From contig OZ024741.1 in the NCBI GenBank assembly GCA_964016885.1, positions 395,870,001 through 395,934,000 on the forward strand: a DNA stretch of 64,000 nucleotides. Reading direction: 5' to 3'. The position numbers and the translations under genes were made by a program. Of this stretch, positions 54,562-64,000 are shown one piece after another. The notes under the pieces are model-generated. The model was not told the DNA's origin, ran no database searches, and worked only from the letters and a program-made list of their open reading frames with translations. The stretch comes from Eledone cirrhosa. Its lineage: Eukaryota. The number at the start of each line of letters is the position of its first letter. Position 1 is the first letter of the stretch.

Positions 54562-57500
54562 TCTATCTCCAGGTGTACTCTCCTGTCTGTATTCAGGTGT
54601 ACTCTCCTGTCTGTCTTCAGGTGTACTCTCCTGTCTATCTCCAGGTGTACTCTCATGTCTATCTCCAGGTGTACTCTCCTGTCTATCTTCAGGTGTACTC
54701 TCCTGTCTATCTGCAGGTGTACTCTCCTGTCTACCTCCAGGTGTACTCTCCTGTCTATCTGCAGGTGTACTCTCCTGTCTACCTCCAGGTGTACTCTCCT
54801 GTCTATCTCCAGGCGTACTCTCATGTCTATCTCCAGGTATACTCTCCTGTCTATCTTTAGGTGTACTCTCACGTCTATCTCCAAGTGTACTCCCATGTCT
54901 ACCTTCATGTGTACTCTCTTTCTATCTTCAGGTGTACTCTCCTGTCTATCTCCAGGTGTACTCTCCTGTCTATCTCCAGGTGTACTTTCCTGTCTATATT
55001 CAGGTGTACTCTCCTGTCTATATTCAGGTGTACTCTCCTGTCTATCTCCAGGTGTACTCTCCTGTCTATCTCCAGGTGTACTTTCCTGTCTATCTCCAGG
55101 TGTACTCTCCTGTCTATATTCAGGTGTACTCTCCTGTCTATCTCCAGGTGTACTCTCCTGTCTATCTCCAGGTGTACTCTTCTGTCTATCATCAAGTGTA
55201 CTCTCCTGTCTATATACAGGTGTACTCTCCTGTCTATCTCCAGGTGTACTCTCCTGTCTATCTCCAGGTGTACTTTCCTGTTTATCTCCAGGTGTACTCT
55301 CATGTCTACCTTCACATGTACTCTCCTGTCTATATCCAGGTGTACTCTACTGTCTATCTCAGATGTACTCTCCTGTCTATCTCCAGTTGTACCCTCCTTT
55401 CTATCTCCAGGTGTACTCTCCGGTCTATCTCCAGGTGTACTCTCCTGTCTATCTTCAGGTGTACTCTCCGGTCTATCTCCAGGTGTACTCTCCTGTCTAT
55501 CTTCAGGTGTACTCTCCTGTCTATATACAGGTGTACTCTACTGTCTATCTCAGATGTACTCTCCTGTCTATCTTCATTTGTACTCTCCTTTCTATCTCCA
55601 GGTGTAGTCTCCTGTCCATCTCCAGATGTACTCTCCTGTCTATATTCAGGTGTACTCTCCTGTCTATCTTCAGGTGTACTCGCAAGTCTATCTCCAGACG
55701 TACTCTCATGTCTATCTCCAGGTGTACTCTTCTGTCTACCTTCAGGTGTACTCTCAAGTCTATCGCCAGGTGTACTCTCCTGTCTATCTCCAGATGTACT
55801 CTTCTATCTATCATCAGGTGTACTCTCCTGTCTATCTTCAGGTGTACTCTCCTGTCTATCTCCAAGTGTACTCTCATGTCTATCTTCAGGTGTACTCTCC
55901 TGTCTATCTCCAGGTGTACTCTCCTGTCTATCTCCAGGTATACTTTCCTGTCTATATTCAGGTGTACTCTCCTGTCTATATTCAGGTGTACTCTCCTGTC
56001 TATCTGCAGGTGTACTCTCCTGCCTACCTTCAGATGTACTCTCACGTCTATCTCCAGGTGTACTCTCCTGTCTATCTCCAGATGTACTCTTCTATCTATC
56101 ATCAGGTGTACTCTCCTGTCTATCTCCAGGTGTACTCTCCTGTCTATCTCCAGGTGTACTCTTCTGTCTATCATCAAGTGTACTCTCCTGTCTATATACA
56201 GGTGTACTCTCCTGTCTATCTCCAGGTGTACTCTCCTGTCTATCTCCAGGTGTACTTTCCTGTTTATCTCCAGGTGTACTCTCATGTCTACCTTCACATG
56301 TACTCTCCTGTCTATATCCAGGTGTACTCTACTGTCTATCTCAGATGTACTCTCCTGTCTATCTCCAGTTGTACCCTCCTTTCTATCTCCAGGTGTACTC
56401 TCCGGTCTATCTCCAGGTGTACTCTCCTGTCTATCTTCAGGTGTACTCTCCGGTCTATCTCCAGGTGTACTCTCCTGTCTATCTTCAGGTATACTCTCCT
56501 GTCTATATACAGGTGTACTCTACTGTCTATCTCAGATGTACTCTCCTGTCTATCTTCAGTTGTACTCTCCTTTCTATCTCCAGGTGTAGTCTCCTGTCCA
56601 TCTCCAGATGTACTCTCCTGTCTATATTCAGGTGTACTCTCCTGTCTATCTTCAGGTGTACTCGCAAGTCTATCTCCAGACGTACTCTCATGTCTATCTC
56701 CAGGTGTACTCTTCTGTCTACCTTCAGGTGTACTCTCAAGTCTATCGCCAGGTGTACTCTCCTGTCTATCTCCAGATGTACTCTTCTATCTATCATCAGG
56801 TGTACTCTCCTGTCTATATTCAGGTGTACTCTCCTGTCTATCTCCAAGTGTACTCTAATGTCTATCTTCAGGTGTACTCTCCTGTCTATCTCCAGGTGTA
56901 CTCTCCTGTCTATCTCCAGGTATACTTTCCTGTCTATATTCAGGTGTACTCTCCTGTCTATATTCAGGTGTACTCTCCTGTCTATCTCCAGGTGTACTCT
57001 CCTGTCTATCTCCAGGTGTACTTTCCTGTCTATCTCCAGGTGTACTCTCCTGTCTATATTCAGGTGTACTCTCCTGTCTATCTCCAGGTGTACTCTCCTG
57101 TCTATCTCCAGGTGTACTCTTCTGTCTATCATCAGGTGTACTCTCCTGTCTATATACAGGTGTACTCTCCTGTCTATCTCCAGGTGTACTCTCCTGTCTA
57201 TCTCCAGGTGTACTCTCCTGTCTATCCCCATGTGTACTTTCCTGTTTATCTCCAGGTGTACTCTCATGTCTACCTTCACGTGTACTCTCCTGTCTATATC
57301 CAGGTGTACTCTACTGTCTATCTCAGATGTACTCTCCTGTCTATCTCCAGTTGTACTCTCCTTTATATCTCCAGGTGTACTCTCCTGTCTATCTTCAGGT
57401 GTACTCTCTGGTCTATCTCCAGGTGTACTCTCCTGTCTATCTTCAGGTGTACTCTCCTATCTATATACAGGTGTACTCTACTGTCTATCTCAGATGTACT

Positions 57501-60500
57501 CTCCTGTCTATCTTCAGTTGTACTCTCCTTTCTATCTCCAGGTGTACTCTCCTGTCCATCTCCAGATATACTCTCCTGTCTATATTCAGGTGTACTCTCC
57601 TGTCTATCTTCAGGTGTACTCGCAAGTCTATCTCCAGACGTACTCTCATGTCTATCTCCAGGTGTACTCTTCTGTCTATCATCGGGTGTACTCTCCTGTC
57701 TATCTGCAGGTGTACTCTCCTGCCTACCTTCAGATGTACTCTCACGTCTATCTCCAGGTGTACTCTCCTGTCTATCTCCAGATGTACTCTTCTATCTATC
57801 ATCAGGTGTACTCTCCTGTCTATCTTCAGGTGTACTCTCCTGTCTATCTCCAGGTGTACTCTCCCGTCTATCTGTAAGTGTACTCTCCTGTCTATCTTCA
57901 GATGTACTCTCCTGTCTATATACAGGTGTACTCACTGTCTATCTCAAATGTACTCTCCTGTCTATCTCCAGTTGTACTCTCCTTTCTATCTCCAGGTGTA
58001 CTCTCCTGTCTATCTCCAGTTGTACTCTCCTTTCTATCTCCAGGTGTACTCTCATGTCTATCTCCAGGTGTACTCTCCTGTCTATATTCAGGTGTACTCT
58101 CCTGTCTATCTCCAGGTGTACTCTCCTGTATATATTCAGGTGTACTCTCCTGTCTATCTCCAGGTATACTCTCCTGTCTATATTCAGGTGTACTCTCCTG
58201 TTTATCTCCAGGTGTACTCTCATGTCTACCTTCAGGTGTACTCTCCTGTCTATATTCAGGTGTACTCTCCTGTTTATCTCCAGGTGTTCTCTCATGTCTA
58301 CCTTCAGATGTATTCTCCTGTATATCTTCAGGTGTACTCTCATGTCTATCTCCAGGTGTACTCTCAAATATATCTCCATGTGTACTCATATGTCTATCTT
58401 CAGGTGTACTCTCCTGTTTATCTTCAGGTGTACTCTCCTGTCTATCTCCAGGTGTACTCTCCTGTCTATATTCAGGTTTACCCTCCTGTCTATCTCCAGG
58501 TGTACTCTCCTGTCTATATTCAGGTGTACTCTCCTGTCTATATTCAGGTGTACTCTCAAGTCTATCTCCAAGTGTACTCTCCTGTCTATCTACAGGTCTA
58601 CTCTCCTGTATATATTCAGGTGTACTCTCTTGTCTATCTTCAGATGTACTCTCAAGTCTATCTCCAGGTGTACTCTCCTGTCTATATTCAGGTATACTCT
58701 CCTGTCTATCTTCAAGTGTACTCTCAAGTCTATCTCCAGGTGTACTCTCCTGTCTATATTCAGGTGTACCCTCCTGTCTATCTCCAGGTGTACTCTCCTG
58801 TCTATATTCAGGTGTACTCTCCTGTCTATATTCAGGTGTACTCTCAAGTCTATCTCCAAGTGTACTCTCCTGTCTATCTACAGGTCTACTCTCCTGTATA
58901 TATTCAGGTGTACTCTCTTGTCTATCTTCAGGTCTACTCTCAAGTCTATCTCCAGGTGTACTCTCCTGTCTATATTCAGGTATACTCTCCTGTCTATCTT
59001 CAAGTGTACTCTCAAGTCTATCTCCAGGTGTACTCTCCTGTCTATATTCAGGTGTACCCGCCTGTCTATCTCCTGGTGTACTCTCCTGTCTATATACAGG
59101 TGTACTCTCCTGTCTATATTCAGGTGTACTCTCAAGTCTATCTCCAAGTGTACTCTCCTGTCTATCTACAGGTCTACTCTCCTGTATATATTCAGGTGTA
59201 CTCTCTTGTCTATCTTCAGGTGTACTCTCAAGTCTATCTCCAGGTGTACTCTCCTGTCTGTATTCAGGTATACTCTCCTGTCTATCTTCAAGTGTACTCT
59301 CAAGTCTATATCCAGGTGTACTCTCCTGTCTATCTCCAGGTGTACTCTCCTGTCTATCTCCAGGCGTACTCTCCTGTCTACCTTCAGGTGTACTCTCAAG
59401 TCTATCTCCTGTCTATCTCCAGGTGTACTCTCAAGTCTATCTCCAGGTGTACTCTCCTGTCTACCTTCAGGTGTATTCTCTTGTCTATCTCCAGGTGTAC
59501 TCTCCTGTATATCTTTAGTTGTACTCTCCTCTCTATCTGTAAGTGTACTCTCCTGTCTATCTTCAGGTGTACTCTCCTGTCTATCTCCAGGTATACTCTC
59601 CTGCCTATCTTTAGGTGTACTCTCCTGTCTATCTCCAGGTGTACTCTCATGTCTATATTCTGGTGTACTCTGCTGTCTGTATCCAGGTGTACTCTATTGT
59701 ATATCTCAGGTGTACTCTCCTGTCTATCTCCAGGTATACTCTCCTGTCTATCTTTAGGTGTACTCTCAAGTCTATCTCCAGGTGTACTCTCTTGTCTATA
59801 TTCAGGTATACTCTCCTGTCTATCTTCAGGTGTACTCTCAAGTCTATATCCAGGTGTACTCTCCTGTCTATCTCCAGGTGTACTCTCCTATCTATCTCCA
59901 GGTGTACTCTCCTGTCTACCTTCAGGTGTACTCTCAAGTCTATCTCCAGGTATACTCTCCTGTCTACCTTCAGGTGTACTCTATTGTATATCTCAGATGT
60001 ACTCTCCTGTCTATCTCCAGGTATACTCTCCTGTCTATCTTTAGGTGTACTCTCAAGTCTATCTCCAGGTGTACTCTCTTGTCTATATTCAGGTATACTC
60101 TCCTGTCTATCTTCAGGTGTACTCTCAAGTCTATATCCAGGTGTACTCTCCTGTCTATCTCCAGGTGTACTCTCCTGTCTATCTCCAGGTATACTCTCCT
60201 GTCTACCTTCAGGTGTATTCTCTTGTCTATCTCCAGGTGTACTCTCCTGTTTATCTTTAGTTGTACTCTCCTGTCTATCTCCAAGTGTACTCTCCTGCCT
60301 ATCTTCAGGTGTACTCTCCTGTCTATCTCCAGGTGTACTCTCCTGTCTATATTCTGGTGTACTCTGCTGTCTGTATCCAGGTGTACTCTACTGTATATCT
60401 CAGGTGTACTCTCCTGTCTATCTCCAGGTGTACTCTCCTGTCTACCTTCAGGTGTATTCTCCCGTCTATCTCCAGGTGTACTCTCCTGTCTATCTCCAGG

Positions 60501-60738
60501 TATACTCTACTGTTTATCTGCAGGTGTACTCTCCTCTTATCTCCAGGTGTACTCTCCTGTTTACCTTCAGGCATACTCTTGTATCTATCTTCAGGTGTAC
60601 TCTCCTGTCTATCTCCAGGTGTACTCTCCTGTCTATCTTCAGGTGTACTCTCCTGTCTATCTCCAGGTGTACTCTCCTGTCTATCTCCAGGTGTACTCTC
60701 CTGTCTATCTCCAGGTGTACTCTCATGTCTATCTTCAG
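54562..60738. repeat. 24-bp minisatellite (CAGGTGTACTCTCCTGTCTATCTC), ~6.2 kb, with 982-bp and 288-bp higher-order periods
   Basis: 8-aa periodic ORFs. Recurring ORF offsets 55545/56527 (982 bp) and 58590/58878/59166 (288 bp). Confidence 0.97.
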
Positions 60739-60809
60739 ACCATCAAAAACTGCAGTATGGCCAGATTCCATAAAAGCAATCATGCTGCATGATCCTTCAG
60801 GTAGAAAGA

Positions 60810-61325
60810 AATGTGTTTGGGCCTTAGGTAGAGGGGCCTATTCAAAAGTATATATTGCAGTCTCTGTCTAATGCTGAAAAGACTAGCGATGGGCCTGAGA
60901 CCTGTTCTGGAAGGCAGAGGATGGACGCTCAAAGGTTGCGTGTACCAGTAATATATTGGTTTCAATTTTAAGCTCAGGACCAGCAGCGACAGGAACGATG
61001 TTTGTATCAATAACCAGAACTTCATTGGATTTTTATTGAACTCAGAAGAATGAAAGGTTAAGGTGAATTCTGCATGATTTGAACTCAGAACATAAAGTGG
61101 CACAACAAATATCATCATCATCATCATTTTATGTCAATGTTTCCACGCTAGCATCGGTTAGACAAGTTGTCCTGTTGTGGGCAATGCCAGGTCAAGTGAG
61201 TATGTCATACAGGACTGATTTTGGCATGGTTTCTACAGCTGGATGCCCTTCCTAACACCAACCTCGTGGAAACTGCAATATATACTTTTGAACAGGCCCC
61301 TCTACCTAAGGCTCAAACACATTTT
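60810..61325. repeat. About 53-bp inverted repeats enclosing SINE fragments
   Basis: aaatgtgtttgggccttaggtagaggggcctattcaaaagtatatattgcagt at 60810-60862 is the reverse complement of 61272-61324. Confidence 0.7.
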
Positions 61326-62144
61326 GTCTGATGCTCTACTGATTCTGCCATTCTTTCACTCTAACTACCAATAATATAACAGAATTGGTTCAGATGTCTG
61401 TACCATCCTTGACAAACATTTGACCATAGTGGAAAGACATAGACACAGAATGGCTGAGTTGTTAAGAAGTTTGCTTTGCAATCTTTAGGTCGCAGGTTCA
61501 ATCCTGCAGTATGGCATCTTGGACAAATGTCATTGACCATAGCTTCGAGCCAACAGATGCTAAAGTTTAAAGTCTGACTCAAGCTTGGAGGTTCAACATG
61601 CTGTTGTTTAGTCCAGTTTTGATCTCTCAGTTGCTTCATGCCATGGAGCAAGAAAGCTGAGAGATCAAGACTTCTCCCTGGACAGACACCAGTCCATGGT
61701 AGGGTTAATGTGTGTGACAGCTCACACCTATGCAGGTTTAGCTGGCTTCCTCCAAGGTATATCTCGTTGGAGGTGTCTTTGGTAATTTAATGATAGGGAC
61801 CCCAGTCCTATCATCTCATTTCTACAGCTGAGTAAACTGGAGCAACGTGAAATAAAGTGTCTTGCTCAAGGAAACAACACATCACCCGGTTCGAGAATTG
61901 AACTCACAACCTTTCGATTGCACGCCCAATGCTCTAACCACTAAGCCATGTGCCTTCACATGGTAGGGTTAAAGTCTCTCTTAAACCCGGAGGCTCACTG
62001 TTTATCCCAGTTTCCTAGGTATGAAGTGACTGAGAGTTCAAAACAACCCACCCTCTAGACAGAATGCCAGTCTATCACAGGGTTAAAGTCTGTCTTGGGC
62101 CTGGAGGATCATCAGGCCAGTATTTATCCTGGTTTCCATGGAAT

Positions 62145-62925
62145 TAATGATAATAATAATAATGAAATTATTGTGTACAGTGCTCAGGTGCACTACAACT
62201 CATCAAAGGTGCATGTATAGTACATAGAATAATATACAAATGTCAGGGAAGTGAATAGTGTATGAGTCATGATATACATGTGTGCGTGTGTATGGAGGGG
62301 GAATATTAGGTGTAGTATTGGCGAATCTCAGGAAGCATGGAGGTTTTAAAGGATGCAGTGTCTCGACAACTAATAACTGATGCAGGTAGTTTGTTCCATT
62401 GAGGTTTTAAAGGATGCAGTGTCTCGACAACTAACAACTGATGCAGGTACTTTGTTCCATGGAGGTTTTAAAGGATGCAGTGTCTCGACAGCTAACAACT
62501 GATGCAGGTAGTTTGTTCCATGGAGGTTTTAAAGGATGCAGTGTCTTGACAACTAACAACTGATGCATGTACTTTGTTCCATGGAGGTTTTAAAGGATGC
62601 AGTGTCTCGACAGCTAACAACTGATGCAGGTAGTTTGTTCCATGGAGGTTTTAAAGGATGCAGTGTCTTGACAACTAACAACTGATGCAGGTACTTTGTT
62701 CCATGGAGGTTTTAAAGGATGCAGTGTCTCGACAGCTAACAACTGATGCAGGTAGTTTGTTCCATGGAGGTTTTAAAGGATGCAGTGTCTCGACAACTAA
62801 CAACTGACGCAGGTAGTTTGTTCCATGCTTCAGCAACTCTGAGCGTGAAAAAATGTTTCCGAAAGTCATGGGAGCTGTGCTGTTTTCTGACTTTGCTGGC
62901 ATGCCCACGTGTGTTAGACACATGG
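62145..62925 (-). mobile_element. CR1-clade LINE 3' fragment with an internal 61-bp unit amplified about 8 times
   Basis: TRGHASKVRKQHSSHDFRKHFFTLRVAEAWNKLPASVVSCRDTASFK. Tandem array at 62338-62826 and (att)n tail at ~62147-62165. Confidence 0.88.
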
Positions 62926-63888
62926 AAAGTAACTGAAAATACTAGACTTCCTCTGGAGAGGATGCCAGACCATCGCAGGGTTAAAACCTCAGCTATTGCT
63001 GGTACTCATTTTCAGCCGAATATACTGGAGCAGCATGAAATGAAGTGTTTTGCTCAAGAACACAACATACAACCCAGTTCAGGAATCGAACCCACGACAA
63101 TACGATCGTAAGTGCAACACACTTACTTTCCTCTAGACCACGTGCTTCATGATCCATGTAGACTGAAACTATTTAGGAAGCCCGTCGGATGGACTGTACT
63201 TGCAATACAAAGGGCCAGCCTTATTACACATTGTGTGGCGCTGAATCTCCCTGAGAATCACCTTAAGAGTACACGTTTCTATGGAACGAATGCTCAGCCA
63301 CTTATACGTTAAATTCACGAGCAAGCTGTTCTGTTGATCATATCAACTGGATCACTCATCGTCGAAACAGACGGAAGAGTGTTAAAAAAAATTAAAAAAA
63401 TCGTGGTTTCTCAGAGTGAGAGAGAAAAGAAAGAGTTATCTCCCTTTGATGTTCTTGTAACCGGAAATTGATTAGTCCGTTCACCGGAGCCGTTAGACGA
63501 TATTTGTGTATAAACTACTCGGATCTCTGGTCTTGGAACAGCAGTAGAAATACTGCTCCAAATATATAACATCATTATTCTAGAAAGTAGCCGTTTTCCC
63601 CCCAACTTCATCGTTTAGGGGAAAAAAGGGTTCTTTTTGTTGTAAATATTTACACAAAAGTATATCTTCGACTTCTGTCATGGAAATCGATGCATCAGGA
63701 GGTAAGAGTTTTTTTTTATTTTACTCTTCAACTCTTTGTTTTCTATGTCTATGGCAGATTATTTATCTCTCTCTCTCTCTGTTTATATATATATGTATGT
63801 ATATATATATGTATATATAAAGTCATCATTAACAACGTATCAATCGAAACACACATGTACACATATTATATGTGTGTATCTGTCTCTG

Positions 63889-64000
<112 letters not shown>

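Noticed and set aside
54503-60871. Very long ORFs (up to 1124 aa) on both strands
   Set aside because: Translations of a stop-poor 24-bp minisatellite; several frames are open at once.

Overview
AT-rich, microsatellite-dense animal genomic DNA, most likely a cephalopod such as octopus (inferred from the SINE, LINE and Penelope repertoire). No convincing multi-exon host gene is visible. The window is a mosaic of retroelements: four Penelope-like (PLE) families of the Naiad type (RT plus CxCx5Cx5C linker plus GIY-YIG), Tx1/L1, CR1, RTE, CRE- and R4-like LINE fragments, tRNA-derived SINEs, Helitron pieces, MITE-like palindromes and several minisatellites. Hidden in the non-coding DNA are more than ten hammerhead ribozyme motifs. 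They lie at PLE 3' ends and in short (TA)n-flanked palindromic elements, and several have unusually long stem II. A near-perfect 10.8 kb palindrome is made of one PLE. The most novel-looking signal is a ~103-nt structured RNA found in two diverged element families (39.3 kb; 52.7 and 53.0 kb). It has covarying helices, pseudoknots and the hammerhead core motifs CUGAUGA and GAAA in a non-canonical order, and is a candidate new self-cleaving ribozyme architecture. All folds were read by eye and none was computed.
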